From assembly GCA_016292215.1 (NCBI GenBank), contig JAEFBB010000006.1:9546-73545 (forward strand): a DNA stretch of 64,000 nucleotides. Reading direction: 5' to 3'. The translations under genes and the position numbers were made by a program. Positions 1 to 10,424 of the stretch are shown in pieces. Each line of letters opens with the position of its first letter. Position 1 is the first letter of the stretch. This DNA is from Saccharofermentans sp. Lineage in GTDB: Bacteria; Bacillota; Clostridia; Saccharofermentanales; Saccharofermentanaceae. Below the pieces are notes generated by a model. The model did no database searches, was not told the origin of the DNA, and was given only the letters and a program-made list of their open reading frames with translations.

Positions 1-1
1 A

Positions 2-451
2 AAGAATCCTGTTACCGGTTTCTTCGGCAAGTATTCGCTCCATACATATCTCATGAACCTTGCGGCGCTCACTGTGCTCAGGTTCATTGAGGTCCCGGAT
101 GTATTGGTCAAGGTCGGCGATGTTAAGAACAATCTCCTGATCTACGGCGTGTCCGTCATGATACTCTCAGTCTTCTTCGGTGTCATCGAACAGAAGATCA
201 CCGAGAGCGTACAGAACAAGCTGTTCAGTCCTCCGAGGCCGAAGGTCAAGCCTGTATACATCTCATTGCTTGATGACGGCGAAGGAAAAGCCGATATCAG
301 AGATATTGCAAGGGATAAGGCTGAAGACGTGAAGGCAGATGCAAAGGCAGTTGAGTCAAAGCCGGAAGATAAGGCAAAGACAGAGCCTAAGGAAGAAGCA
401 AAGGCTGCAAAGCCTGCTGACAAAGCTAAGAAGAACAACAAGAAGAAATAA
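2..451 (+). CDS. Partial (5'-truncated) membrane protein, probably acyltransferase-3/OafA family C-terminus with Lys/Ala/Glu-rich tail
   Basis: Frame is open from base 2: KNPVTGFFGKYSLHTYLMN resembles the GxxSxxxYLxH motif of AT3 acyltransferases; hydrophobic helices follow. Confidence 0.45.
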   Translation, partial: KNPVTGFFGKYSLHTYLMNLAALTVLRFIEVPDVLVKVGDVKNNLLIYGVSVMILSVFFGVIEQKITESVQNKLFSPPRPKVKPVYISLLDDGEGKADIRDIARDKAEDVKADAKAVESKPEDKAKTEPKEEAKAAKPADKAKKNNKKK

Positions 452-479
452 TACCGATCTTTTGAGACAGGATATATAA

Positions 480-1490
480 ATGGGAAAAAACAAACCGCTT
501 TCTAGACGTTATGCGAAATGGGGATACATCTTCTCGATCCCCTTCATTCTCGCGTTCTTGTTATTCCATGCATATCCTTTGTTCAGGACTGTCATTCTCG
601 CATTTACCGAATTGAAGGGCGCAGCCAAAACCGATTTCAAATGGCTTTGGGATGTGGGCAAGCCCTGGTATTTCAATTTCCAATATATCCTTAAGTCCCA
701 GATGTTTCATAAGGCGTTAAAGAACACGCTGTTCTTCTGGATCTGCGAGGCTGTTCCGGAATGGATACTGGCGTTCTGGCTTGCTGCCGTAGTTACCGAC
801 AGAAGATACAAGATCAAGGGCAAGATGTTCTTCAAGACGGCTTTCTTCATGCCTAAGGTTTTGTCCGGATACATCATGGGTGTGTTCTTCGTAGGGCTTT
901 TCAGCACATTCTTTGCAAAGCTCGAAGAATTTGTTCTCATAGCTTCCGCTATCGACGGCTTCGGGTTTACGCCTGAAGATTTTGAGTTCATATGGACGCT
1001 GCCGTTCTTTATCATAGTCATCAACATCTACATGCACTTCGGTATTATCTTCGTCTATGCCGTGGCGGGCATGGGCACTATTCCCGGCGAGGTCTTTGAG
1101 GCAGCCGAGATGGACGGTGCCAACCGGATACAGACGTTTTTCAGGGTCACTCTGCCGGGCATGCGCCCTGTTCTGTTCTTCATCTCCGTCATCACGATAA
1201 TGGACGGCCTTGGTATGTTCGATGTACCTTATGTTTTCGGATTCTGGGACAACAGCAATCCGAACATTACGCTCATGATGTATATCTACATGCTTGCGTT
1301 CAGAGGCACCTATAACTATGCCATGGCATCCGCTGCCAGCGTTATCCTGCTTATAATGTTCGGCGCCATCTCTATTTTCGCGGGCTACATGCTCAGGGAT
1401 AAGGATGAAGCCAAGCTTAGGGCGATGAGAAGACTCGAGCGCAGGGAAGAGAGAAGAGCCAAGAGACAGGCAAAGGGCGAAGTCGTTTAA
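480..1490 (+). CDS. Carbohydrate ABC transporter permease (MalF/UgpA-like)
   Basis: EAA loop 'EVFEAAEMDGANRIQTFFRVTLP', multiple TM helices. Confidence 0.85.
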   Translation: MGKNKPLSRRYAKWGYIFSIPFILAFLLFHAYPLFRTVILAFTELKGAAKTDFKWLWDVGKPWYFNFQYILKSQMFHKALKNTLFFWICEAVPEWILAFWLAAVVTDRRYKIKGKMFFKTAFFMPKVLSGYIMGVFFVGLFSTFFAKLEEFVLIASAIDGFGFTPEDFEFIWTLPFFIIVINIYMHFGIIFVYAVAGMGTIPGEVFEAAEMDGANRIQTFFRVTLPGMRPVLFFISVITIMDGLGMFDVPYVFGFWDNSNPNITLMMYIYMLAFRGTYNYAMASAASVILLIMFGAISIFAGYMLRDKDEAKLRAMRRLERREERRAKRQAKGEVV

Positions 1491-1499
1491 GGTGCATAC

Positions 1500-2159
1500 G
1501 TGAAATCCCTTACAAAGATCCTTTTAGAATGGCTCAAGATCATATTGGGGCTCATTGTTTTCTCGTTCGGCGTCCACCTGACCATTTATGCAAATATCGG
1601 GCTTGCTCCGTGGGACTGCCTCGGCATGGGCATCGCAAAACACACGCCTCTTAATTACGGCTTCTCGATGACGCTCATCGCGATTACTGTCCTCATTATC
1701 GATATCCTGCTTAAAGAGAGGATCGGCTTCGGCACGATCATCGACGCGTTCCTTACGGGCACATTCATTCAGGTATTTAATTATCTGAACCCTTTCCCCG
1801 AGAATAATAACGTCTGGCTCGGCATCGCGATCATGCTGGGAGGCTTTGTATTTATGGCGCTCGGCATGTGGATCTATATGAGCTGCAGGCAGGGGTGCGG
1901 CCCGAGGGATGCATTGCTCGTAGGCTTAGGAAAAAGACTGAAGAAGATCCCGATAGGCATCGTCGAAGTTATGCTCTGGGCGGTTGTCCTTCTTATCGGA
2001 TATCTTTTGGGAGGCCCTGTCGGAATAGGCACGCTTATAAGTACATTCGGCGCGGGACTCGTAATGCAGCTCGTCTATAACATCATCAAGTTTGAGCCCA
2101 GAAAGCTCAAGCACAGGGATGTTCTCGAAGTGGTAAGGGAGCTGAAGGCGAAGAATTAA
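1500..2159 (+). CDS. YczE/YyaS/YitT family membrane protein
   Basis: 'ANIGLAPWD', 'GCGPRDAL', 'GGPVGIGT' motifs. Confidence 0.8.
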   Translation: MKSLTKILLEWLKIILGLIVFSFGVHLTIYANIGLAPWDCLGMGIAKHTPLNYGFSMTLIAITVLIIDILLKERIGFGTIIDAFLTGTFIQVFNYLNPFPENNNVWLGIAIMLGGFVFMALGMWIYMSCRQGCGPRDALLVGLGKRLKKIPIGIVEVMLWAVVLLIGYLLGGPVGIGTLISTFGAGLVMQLVYNIIKFEPRKLKHRDVLEVVRELKAKN

Positions 2160-3355
2160 GCCTTAGCCTCTGCTGTTTTTGTTCTCCAAACTTTAAGAGC
2201 GAAGAAAGCGATCACCAGACCAATGGTGGTTACTGCGAGGCTGACTATCAGCATGAAGTGCGGGCCCTTGATGTCCAGAAGCCTGCCGCAGACAAGGCTC
2301 GAGAAAACTCCGCCCAAAGTGATGGAACAGTTGATGTAGGCCTGGCCTTTGACCTGGTCTAAGCGCGCCATCGTCTGATTTACGAAGTAAGCGCCGGCGG
2401 GAATGAAGACAGCATATGCGAGCATCTGCATCGCCTGGCTGATGTAGACCACGACCATATTTGGTGCGATGAGCATCAGGAGAGTCTTTATCATGAAGGC
2501 CGTAGCGGAGATGAGAAGAAGATTCTTAACGGAGATCTTCTTCATGATCTTATCGATCAGGGCCATGGTAGGGAGCTCCAATACCGCAGCGCAGCTGACG
2601 GCTATTCCCATCTGGGCTTCAGTGCCGCCGAGCGGAGTAATTATCTGGATCATGTAGTCGTTGATCGCGTTGTGCGCGAAAAAGAAACAGACTGCCGCAA
2701 GCACGAACAGCATGAAACTCGGATATGTCTTTATGAAGCTGAACAGGTTATTATGGGCGACTTCGTTCTTCTCAGCAGGAGGCACTTCGACCTTGGGCTT
2801 TTTGAAGAAGTAGAGTACGACCAGAGCGATTGAGAGGAATATGATGTCTAAGATCATGAGGATGTTTACGCCAAACCATCCGATCGCTCTTCCCGTAAAG
2901 AATGATACGACCGCGAATCCGCAAGAGCCGAGGCCCCTTGCGAGGCCATAGTAGATGTGGCATCCTGCCGCCTCATACTCGAAATACATCGCCGTGATGA
3001 TCGGCTGGTACACCATCTGCACCATGTATATCAGCGCGAAAATAATGAATATGACGACTACCCCGTTCTTGATCAGGAGAAGAAGTATCGATCCTATGAG
3101 AAGGAGCGCGGTAGATGCCATCGAGACATTGCGGTTCGTGAGCTTGCCCTGCTTATCGATGAGGCCTGCGACAATAGGCTGGAATACGACTGACAGGATA
3201 TTGGCGAGCGCCAATGTGATGCCGATCAGTGTGTTGGAGAAACCCTTTTCGAGCAGGAAAACGGACGCGTAAGCGTGGATGCCGCTATATACGGCAAAGT
3301 AAGTAGCATTGATGATGATGTATCTGAGTGTCCAGAACTTTTTGCCGCTCGACAT
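2156..3355 (-). CDS. MFS transporter
   Basis: About 12 TM segments, 'YGLARGLGSCGFA' motif. Confidence 0.85.
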   Translation of the reverse strand: MSSGKKFWTLRYIIINATYFAVYSGIHAYASVFLLEKGFSNTLIGITLALANILSVVFQPIVAGLIDKQGKLTNRNVSMASTALLLIGSILLLLIKNGVVVIFIIFALIYMVQMVYQPIITAMYFEYEAAGCHIYYGLARGLGSCGFAVVSFFTGRAIGWFGVNILMILDIIFLSIALVVLYFFKKPKVEVPPAEKNEVAHNNLFSFIKTYPSFMLFVLAAVCFFFAHNAINDYMIQIITPLGGTEAQMGIAVSCAAVLELPTMALIDKIMKKISVKNLLLISATAFMIKTLLMLIAPNMVVVYISQAMQMLAYAVFIPAGAYFVNQTMARLDQVKGQAYINCSITLGGVFSSLVCGRLLDIKGPHFMLIVSLAVTTIGLVIAFFALKVWRTKTAEAKA

Positions 3356-3482
3356 GGGGGACCCGCCTGATCGTTGATGGGATTAATTATACTATGCTGA
3401 AGCTTTCGGTGTTGTCAGTTTTAGTACTGCTGTGTCAAAATACTTATATAATACTTTTAATCGGGGAACAGGAGTACAAAAG

Positions 3483-4538
3483 ATGCCGTTTATAGATGAA
3501 TTAATTGATTTCAGCCTCAATCCGTTGGTAGCTTTGTTATTGGCTGTTATAACGTTCCTTTTTCCCTCCTTTGTAAATATGATCCTGTACATGTTATATG
3601 CTCCGATGTTTTGCTCGAAGGTCAAACAGGTCGGTCTTTTGGGATTCAGATATGAGAAGCAGAACAGCGGCAAGTGGGAGTCCAGAGGTTATAAGCCGAT
3701 GATCGGTTTTAATGCTGAGCTTGTCTATGATCTGGAAAAATGCAAAGGCTTCTCGCCCAAACAGTATAAGGACAAAGAGAGAAACATGCTCTTAGTCATA
3801 GGCTTTACCGGTTTGCTGATCGGTGCGGGCGTGCTGACCGGGTGCTTATTCTGGTCTCATAGTATCGGGAACGAATTTTTATCTTCTTTGATCAGGATAT
3901 TCGGATCATCCTGGTTTGTTTTCTCGTTAGGTTATCTGTTGCTCCCTGTTTTTGTATTAATAAAGATCAACAATAAGAATTCACTCGGTTCATATTATCA
4001 GGAAGCGGTCGGCATGATCAGGGCAAACATGCCTTTTGAACAGATGAATCTTAAATCCGTTAAGGAACTTAACTTTAAGAAAGTGACTTACGCCGAGCAG
4101 ATAATGTACTTCCCGATATATTTTGAATATCTTGATTGCTGCGATAAGTTCGACAAGATGCCTGAAGCGGTAAACGAGATAGAGAGCATTTTTAAGCCGG
4201 ATCCGAGTACCAGGGCAGAGCTTTTCTGCGTGATAACTCTCGCATATTACTATTCGTATCACTGCGTAAATCCGGTGCTGGCCACACAGTACTGTCAGAA
4301 AGCCGGAGATTTCCTGGCCAAGGATACCGATTCGAACGGCATGAGGATCAAGGCTTTCTACGAGCTTAATTGCTGCCGTAATCTTCAGAAGGCAACGGAA
4401 TATGCTCAAAAGGCAAATGAAGTCATAGATAAATTCTCAACTGGCACCGAGAGAGAGTATGAGAGAAAATGCCTCGCAAGGCTTGATGAAGCGATAAAGC
4501 AGTATCAGAGCCAGCAGCCTTCGGGCTACGGTTTTTAA
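3483..4538 (+). CDS. Hypothetical membrane protein with helical (TPR-like) C-terminus
   Basis: ORF 3432..4538; AGGAG RBS precedes ATG at 3483; N-terminal TM segments. Confidence 0.6.
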   Translation: MPFIDELIDFSLNPLVALLLAVITFLFPSFVNMILYMLYAPMFCSKVKQVGLLGFRYEKQNSGKWESRGYKPMIGFNAELVYDLEKCKGFSPKQYKDKERNMLLVIGFTGLLIGAGVLTGCLFWSHSIGNEFLSSLIRIFGSSWFVFSLGYLLLPVFVLIKINNKNSLGSYYQEAVGMIRANMPFEQMNLKSVKELNFKKVTYAEQIMYFPIYFEYLDCCDKFDKMPEAVNEIESIFKPDPSTRAELFCVITLAYYYSYHCVNPVLATQYCQKAGDFLAKDTDSNGMRIKAFYELNCCRNLQKATEYAQKANEVIDKFSTGTEREYERKCLARLDEAIKQYQSQQPSGYGF

Positions 4539-4676
4539 GCAGCATTTGATCGTTGGCATATAAGCCGGACATCTCCGCAAAAAGACTACTAATCACACAT
4601 ATAGATGCCCGTCTATATGTCGCGTAAAACACGCCGTCTGATAACCAAAAAAGACTTTGATATTTAGTCAAAAGCC

Positions 4677-4705
4677 TTGAAAACTCATAACCTCATCAAT
4701 ATTAT
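4677..4705 (+). promoter_or_regulatory. Sigma-A-like promoter for Na/Pi cotransporter
   Basis: TTGAAA-17nt-TATTAT. Confidence 0.5.
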
Positions 4706-4755
4706 AGTTGTGTGTTATTCGGGTTGATTTGATTGCCGATCGGAGGCGTGTTTTT

Positions 4756-6462
4756 ATGGTAGATATTTGGCCGGCGTTATTGGGGCTTTGCTCCGGAATG
4801 GCCTTATTCTTATATAGCGTTAAGATCACCAGCGGAAGCCTGCAGGCGATCGCAGGTGAAAAATTAAAAAGTGTTCTTGCAAAACTCACGGGCAACAGAA
4901 TAATGGGCGTCCTGGTCGGTGCAGGCATTACTGCGCTCATCCAGTCATCCACCGCGACATCGGTTATGTCTGTAGGCTTCGTTAATGCCGGACTCATGAA
5001 CCTCGACCAGGCTTTGTGGGTCATAATGGGTGCCAATATCGGTACGAATATCACCGCTCAGATCATCGCTTTCGATGTCGGAGCCGTAGCTCCGATCATA
5101 GCTTTGCTCGGTACTTTCTTCTGCCTTCTGACAAAGGACAAGAAGCTTAGGAGCATCGGTGAGGCTATTGCGGGATTGGGCTTTATCTTCGTTGCAATGA
5201 CGTTGATGAAGGATTCCATGGAGCCTTTGAGCAAGCTGGATGCTGTTAAGGACATCATGTCATCCATCAACAATCCTTTCCTTGGAATCATTGTAGGTAT
5301 CATCTTCGTTATCATCATCCAGAGCTCTGCTGCCGGCGTCGGTATGCTCCAGGCTATGGCGATGTCCGCTTCCGGTGCACACCTCATGACACTTGACCAG
5401 GCGATGTTCATCATCTTCGGTCTTAACATCGGTACATGTGTCACGGCAGTTTTCGCTTCTATCGGAGGCTCCAGAAATGCCACCAGGGCAGGTATGCTCC
5501 ACATGACATTTAACGTCATCGGTACAGTGATCTTCACAGCCGCATATTATGTGCTCCCTATATCCAAATGGGTAGCTGCCATGTCTCCTAATGATGTAGC
5601 AAGACAGCTCGCTAACATGCACCTTGTATTCAATCTCGCTTCAACGATCATACTGCTTCCTTTCGGCAAGCTCATCGTTAAGCTCGTACAGATAATCGTG
5701 CCTGACAAAAAGGGCGGGGATGACAGCGTTTTCTGCCTTAAGTACATCAACCCCAACATGATCAGCAACCATAACCAGATCGGTACTGAAGTCCTGATCA
5801 CTGCTCTCTGCAGCGAGATCAGCAGAATGCTTGAGATGGCGGGAAACAACGTCCAGAGAAGCATCGAGGCTGTCCTTGAGAACAACGAGAAGACGCAGGA
5901 TCTGATAAACGACACAGAGGAATATATCGACTACCTGAATAAAGAGATCTCGTATTATATTTCGCACGCCATGGTTTTCGACATGTCCGAGAAACACGCG
6001 GTCGCGATGAGTGCGCTTTTTAAGATCACGGGTAATATCGAACGAATGGGTGACCACGCGACAAACATCTCAGGCTACGCCAATCTGCTTGAGAAGAAAG
6101 GCTTAAAGCTCTCCGACAAGGCCAGGGAAGAAGTAAGCCAGATGGTCGCAACAACCAAGGAAGCATATAACATTCTCCTGGGCAGCAAGCCCGGTTCAGT
6201 CCATATCAGGATGGCCAAGATGGAGCAGAAGATCGACGACATGACCGAAGACTACAGAGAGCACCAGCTCGAGAGACTCAAGTCCGGGGTATGCTCCGGT
6301 GACGCGTGTGTTATCTATTCAGAGATGCTTACAGACTTCGAGCGTCTTGGCGACCACATGCTCAATATCGCAGAGGCTGCCGCTGAATCCAAGTACATCA
6401 CTTTCTCCATACCCGAAGAAGCAAAGCTTCCCGAAGGCAAGGCCGCAGTCGCGAAGGCCTGA
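4756..6462 (+). CDS. Na/Pi cotransporter family protein with C-terminal PhoU domains
   Basis: 'LIQSSTAT', 'GANIGT', 'IERMGDHATNI', 'FERLGDHMLNI'; GGAGG RBS before ATG 4756. Confidence 0.9.
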   Translation: MVDIWPALLGLCSGMALFLYSVKITSGSLQAIAGEKLKSVLAKLTGNRIMGVLVGAGITALIQSSTATSVMSVGFVNAGLMNLDQALWVIMGANIGTNITAQIIAFDVGAVAPIIALLGTFFCLLTKDKKLRSIGEAIAGLGFIFVAMTLMKDSMEPLSKLDAVKDIMSSINNPFLGIIVGIIFVIIIQSSAAGVGMLQAMAMSASGAHLMTLDQAMFIIFGLNIGTCVTAVFASIGGSRNATRAGMLHMTFNVIGTVIFTAAYYVLPISKWVAAMSPNDVARQLANMHLVFNLASTIILLPFGKLIVKLVQIIVPDKKGGDDSVFCLKYINPNMISNHNQIGTEVLITALCSEISRMLEMAGNNVQRSIEAVLENNEKTQDLINDTEEYIDYLNKEISYYISHAMVFDMSEKHAVAMSALFKITGNIERMGDHATNISGYANLLEKKGLKLSDKAREEVSQMVATTKEAYNILLGSKPGSVHIRMAKMEQKIDDMTEDYREHQLERLKSGVCSGDACVIYSEMLTDFERLGDHMLNIAEAAAESKYITFSIPEEAKLPEGKAAVAKA

Positions 6463-6471
6463 TCAAAAGCT

Positions 6472-7041
6472 ATGAACGGTTCAGCAGACGAACTTATAAA
6501 TGTGGTTCTTTTCGAGCCCGAGATCCCTCAGAACACAGGCAACATAATGCGCACCTGCGTTGCGGCAGGCGTGACGCTGCACATAATAGGACCTGTCGGG
6601 TTTGACATCGACAATCCGGAGTTCAGAAGGGCATCGACCAACCACATCACATGGGCAGAGTACACGCTCTACGATTCGTGGCAGGACTTCGTCCAAAAGA
6701 ACGACGGCGAGTATTTCTTCATGACTAGGTACGGCAAGGTGCCGCCTTCGGATATCGATTTTAAGAAGGCTTCCGGGAGCTCGAAAATATACCTCATATT
6801 CGGCAAGGAGAGCACAGGCATTCCGGGTGAGATATTAAGAGCAAATCTTGACCGCTGCTTCAGGATACCGATGAATGCCGACTGCCGCTGCCTTAACTTA
6901 AGCAACGCCTGTGCCATCGCGATCTACGAAGCACTGAGGCAGTTAGGATATCCGGGCTTGTCATTTAAGGAAGAGCAGAAGGGCGAAGACTTCATCGAAG
7001 AAAATTATTCCTACGATGAGACGCTGAGGAAGAGAAGATAA
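6472..7041 (+). CDS. trmL: tRNA (cytidine/uridine(34)-2'-O)-methyltransferase
   Basis: 'EPEIPQNTGNIMRTC', 'FGKESTG', 'RCLNLSNA' SPOUT motifs. Confidence 0.9.
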   Translation: MNGSADELINVVLFEPEIPQNTGNIMRTCVAAGVTLHIIGPVGFDIDNPEFRRASTNHITWAEYTLYDSWQDFVQKNDGEYFFMTRYGKVPPSDIDFKKASGSSKIYLIFGKESTGIPGEILRANLDRCFRIPMNADCRCLNLSNACAIAIYEALRQLGYPGLSFKEEQKGEDFIEENYSYDETLRKRR

Positions 7042-7046
7042 AAAAT

Positions 7047-7074
7047 AAGAGGCCGTCATAGACGACCTCTTTTT
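7047..7074. terminator. Bidirectional intrinsic terminator
   Basis: AAGAGGCCGTC-ATA-GACGACCTCTT hairpin flanked by A and T tracts between convergent genes. Confidence 0.65.
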
Positions 7075-7093
7075 AGTCGGATTATTAGTGCGA

Positions 7094-7507
7094 TCAATAA
7101 TTAGTGCCAATGTAATAATACATCGCGAAAGTTATTAACAAAGCGATTGCGCTGAGGATAATACCTGCGATAGCTCTTCCTTTGCCGCTGACGTTTCTTC
7201 TGCAAACACCGACAATAGAGAATATGAGTCCGAGGAAACCCGTAATAAATACGATGACGTTTATACCGGGGATCCATGAGATGCAGGTGGAAACGATGCC
7301 GAGTACCATACCGGCTGTACCCATTCCGTTGCTTCTGGGAGCCTCGGCAGGTGTATAAATGGGCGCATGATATGCCGGCTGCTGATAAGCAGGCTGCTGG
7401 TATACAGGCTGCTGATAGACGGGCTGGGCAGGTGTTACGGCAGCGCCGCAGTTGGGACAGATTCCCTGGTTATCCGGAACATAAGATCCGCACGAAGTAC
7501 AATACAT
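7094..7507 (-). CDS. Zinc-ribbon / DUF4190-like membrane protein
   Basis: MYCTSCG...CPNCG ribbon, QQPxY repeats, 'AIAGIILS' TM hairpin; GGAGGAG RBS. Confidence 0.75.
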   Translation of the reverse strand: MYCTSCGSYVPDNQGICPNCGAAVTPAQPVYQQPVYQQPAYQQPAYHAPIYTPAEAPRSNGMGTAGMVLGIVSTCISWIPGINVIVFITGFLGLIFSIVGVCRRNVSGKGRAIAGIILSAIALLITFAMYYYIGTNY

Positions 7508-7594
7508 AAACAGCTCCTCCAAATGATTTTTCCTGATTATAACATAAATATTTTTAACTTCTTGTCTGCTTTATCAAGTTGCCTCGCAAAATAA

Positions 7595-7620
7595 AAGGCT
7601 GCCCCGTTTGGAACAGCCTT
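7595..7620 (-). terminator. Intrinsic terminator of the 7644..8462 gene
   Basis: AAGGCTG...CAGCCTT stem with T-tract on the minus strand. Confidence 0.6.
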
Positions 7621-7643
7621 AAGGTTAATTACGTAAGTATCTG

Positions 7644-8462
7644 TCAGACGTTGATGCATCCTTCGTCAGCCTGTGCGAAATCACCGTCAATATAGAAGTC
7701 ATCAGCTTCGATCACTGTGTTTGTGTCGATGTCTACAACGTCGGAATCAGCGTAAGGTGTTGTGCTGCTTGTATCTAAGAGATCGTCAAACATCTCGGCA
7801 GCTGCTTCCATTGCGTCAAAGAAGTCTGCGTGCTTGTTAACTGCCTTGACCTGGTTGTAAGAATAAACATACATGCCGATCGAGATGGCGAGTCCGAGAA
7901 TTGTAAGGATCAGGCCTGCGATAGCTTTGCCCATACCGCCGTACTTCTTCTTAGCGATTCCGATAGGGCAGAAGATAAGGGCTAAGAGAGCAAAAACAGG
8001 AACCGTTAAAATGTTAACTGCAGGGAGCCAGCTGAAGCAGAGCGTAAGGATACCGAAAACGAGTCCTGCCTTTGCAAGACCGTTGGTTCTTACCGGAGCT
8101 GGCTTAGAATAAACAGGTGCCTGATATGCAGGCTGCTGGTATACGGGCTGCGGATATCCGGGCTGTGAATAAACAGGCTGCTGGTAAACAGGCTGTGCTA
8201 CCGGAACAGGCTGCTGGGGTGCCATCGGCTGTGCCATAGGAGGCTGCTGGTTCATTACGGGAACAGCAACAGGTACAGGTGCCGGTGCAGGAGCAGGAGC
8301 GGGTGCAGGTGCAGGTGCCGGTGCAGGAGCTGCAGGTGCTTCAGGTGCGGGTGCCGGAGCAGGTGCTGCAGCAGGCGCTTCAGAAACAGGTGCGGGTGTT
8401 CCGCAGTTTGAGCAGAAAGACTGGCCGTCCGGAATAAACGTTCCGCAAGATTCACAAAACAT
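7644..8462 (-). CDS. Zinc-ribbon / Pro-rich / DUF4190-like membrane protein (paralogue of neighbour)
   Basis: MFCESCG...CSNCG, (AP)n and QQPVY repeats, 'GKAIAGLILT'. Confidence 0.75.
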   Translation of the reverse strand: MFCESCGTFIPDGQSFCSNCGTPAPVSEAPAAAPAPAPAPEAPAAPAPAPAPAPAPAPAPAPVPVAVPVMNQQPPMAQPMAPQQPVPVAQPVYQQPVYSQPGYPQPVYQQPAYQAPVYSKPAPVRTNGLAKAGLVFGILTLCFSWLPAVNILTVPVFALLALIFCPIGIAKKKYGGMGKAIAGLILTILGLAISIGMYVYSYNQVKAVNKHADFFDAMEAAAEMFDDLLDTSSTTPYADSDVVDIDTNTVIEADDFYIDGDFAQADEGCINV

Positions 8463-8565
8463 AGATAATCCCTCCCGATAATAACTTATGAAATAAAAAG
8501 TTGGTTTGTTTTCGTGGGTAAATCAAAAAATTCCTATTTGTTCCGCCTGCAATTATATCACAAAG

Positions 8566-8605
8566 AAAAAAGGGTTACCTTATAGCATTTGCTACAGATA
8601 ACCCT
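8566..8605 (-). terminator. Terminator of the amino-acid ABC operon
   Basis: AGGGTTA...TAACCCT stem with A-run on + strand (U-tract on - strand). Confidence 0.5.
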
Positions 8606-8665
8606 CTGGTTTTCTATGAAGTTACGCTAACGGGAATCCCGCTGTTGATGAGTAATAAGCTTTGC

Positions 8666-9415
8666 TTACAGCACTTTCTGCAAGAACGATTTAAGTCTTT
8701 CATTCTGAGGATTTGTAAAGATCTGCTCAGGTGTGTTTTCTTCGATGATCTTTCCGCAATCCATGAAGATGACTCTAGTGCCGACTTCTCTTGCAAATCC
8801 CATCTCGTGTGTGACGCAGACCATCGTCATGCCTGCCTTTGCGAGGTTCTTCATAACATCGAGAACTTCGCCTACCATCTCAGGATCCAACGCGCTCGTA
8901 GGCTCGTCGAAAAGCATTACCTCAGGATCCATGGCAAGAGCTCTTACTATCGCGATCCTCTGCTTCTGGCCGCCCGAGAGCTGTGACGGATAAGCTTTTG
9001 CGCGGTCTGCCAGACCTACTCTCTCAAGAAGAGAAAGAGCCTTTTTCTCAGCATCCTCTTTGGACAGACCGTTAAGCTTCATGGGAGCTATGGTCATGTT
9101 GCGGAGGATCGTGAGGTGAGGGAAGAGGTTAAAGTGCTGGAACACCATTCCCATCTTCTGTCTGAGCTTGTTGATATCCGTCGAAGGCGCCATGATGTCA
9201 TTGCCTTCGAAAGTGATCGAGCCGCCTGTCGGACGCTCGAGCAGATTGAGAGATCTTAAGAAAGTGGATTTGCCCGAACCCGAAGGTCCGATGACAACGA
9301 CTACTTCGCCCTTCTTGATATCGGTGGTGACACCGTCCAAGGCCTTGACCTCTCCGTCGTTATAGTATTTCTTCAGATCCTTTACGGAAATGATCACATT
9401 ATTATCAGCGCTCAC
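8666..9415 (-). CDS. Polar amino-acid ABC transporter ATP-binding protein (GlnQ/ArtP-like)
   Basis: [28 protein letters not shown]; GTG start at 9415 with GGAGG RBS. Confidence 0.92.
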   Translation of the reverse strand: MSADNNVIISVKDLKKYYNDGEVKALDGVTTDIKKGEVVVVIGPSGSGKSTFLRSLNLLERPTGGSITFEGNDIMAPSTDINKLRQKMGMVFQHFNLFPHLTILRNMTIAPMKLNGLSKEDAEKKALSLLERVGLADRAKAYPSQLSGGQKQRIAIVRALAMDPEVMLFDEPTSALDPEMVGEVLDVMKNLAKAGMTMVCVTHEMGFAREVGTRVIFMDCGKIIEENTPEQIFTNPQNERLKSFLQKVL

Positions 9416-10298
9416 TGTTCTTGAGCCTCCTTTCGAGCAGCGATACAAGCCAGCTGAAGAACATTACGATCACGAGATAGATGATCGCTACTGCAATGAG
9501 CGGCATGAATGCGGAATAGGTTCTCGATCTGATAATGTCTCCGCCTTTGGTAAGTTCCTGGAGTCCGACATAACCGGATACTGAAGTCTCCTTGATGAGA
9601 ACGATAAATTCGTTAGCGAGTGCGGGCAGAACGGTCTTGAATGCCTGCGGGATGATGATGAACGCCATCGTCCTGACATAGCCGAAGCCCAATGAACGGC
9701 CGGCCTCAAACTGGCCTCTGTCGATGCTCATGATTCCGCCTCTGATGATCTCTGCAACATACGCGCCCGAGTTGATGCCGAACGCAAGAACAGCTACGAG
9801 GATCTTGTTGTTGGAAGAAGCGAAAATAACGAAGTAGATGATCATGAGCTGAACGACTACAGGAGTTCCTCTGATGACCGTAAGATAGATTCCGCAGAGT
9901 TTATAGAAGAACCAGAGAAGCGCCTTGCCGAAGCCGCCCCTCATCTCTTCCTTTAAGGTGTCATAAGAAGATCTGACGAGAGCGACGATAACGCCCAGCG
10001 CGATACCCAGAAGCACGGCAAAGAATGTGACCGTGAATGTGGTGCCGAGACCTTTGACGATATAGTTGTAGCGCTTTTCGGCGATGAAGTTGTTCTCAAA
10101 ATCTATATAGAATGCACTCGAGAAGAACGCTTCCCGAAGAGACGTTATCCAAAGCGGCGGATTGTTAAGAGGCATAAACAGCAATATATAGACTGTTACA
10201 GCGACCATCGCACAGACGCCGAGAATTATCAGCGGCTTTATGAATTTTCTCATTTTAGATTTTTTCAGCTTCGGTTGGACGGATTCCGGACTGCTCAT
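9405..10298 (-). CDS. Polar amino-acid ABC transporter permease
   Basis: '[10 protein letters not shown]', '[13 protein letters not shown]', '[10 protein letters not shown]'. Confidence 0.92.
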   Translation of the reverse strand: MSSPESVQPKLKKSKMRKFIKPLIILGVCAMVAVTVYILLFMPLNNPPLWITSLREAFFSSAFYIDFENNFIAEKRYNYIVKGLGTTFTVTFFAVLLGIALGVIVALVRSSYDTLKEEMRGGFGKALLWFFYKLCGIYLTVIRGTPVVVQLMIIYFVIFASSNNKILVAVLAFGINSGAYVAEIIRGGIMSIDRGQFEAGRSLGFGYVRTMAFIIIPQAFKTVLPALANEFIVLIKETSVSGYVGLQELTKGGDIIRSRTYSAFMPLIAVAIIYLVIVMFFSWLVSLLERRLKNSER

Positions 10299-10360
10299 TA
10301 AATGTTCCTCAAACTTCTGTGTTTTGCCCTCGGAAAAAGTAACTTTAATTATAAATAATG

Positions 10361-10395
10361 AAAGAGCGGAAATACAGACCATATTTCCGCTCTTT
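10361..10395 (-). terminator. Intra-operon hairpin (terminator or stabiliser) between SBP and permease
   Basis: Perfect 14-bp stem AAAGAGCGGAAATA / TATTTCCGCTCTTT. Confidence 0.6.
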
Positions 10396-10424
10396 AGTTG
10401 GTTTTCTTGCTATTTAAGTAACGA

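Noticed and set aside
4599-4620. Hairpin around ACATATAGA-TGCCCG-TCTATATGT
   Set aside because: AT-rich stem without a U-tract; cannot distinguish terminator, operator or chance
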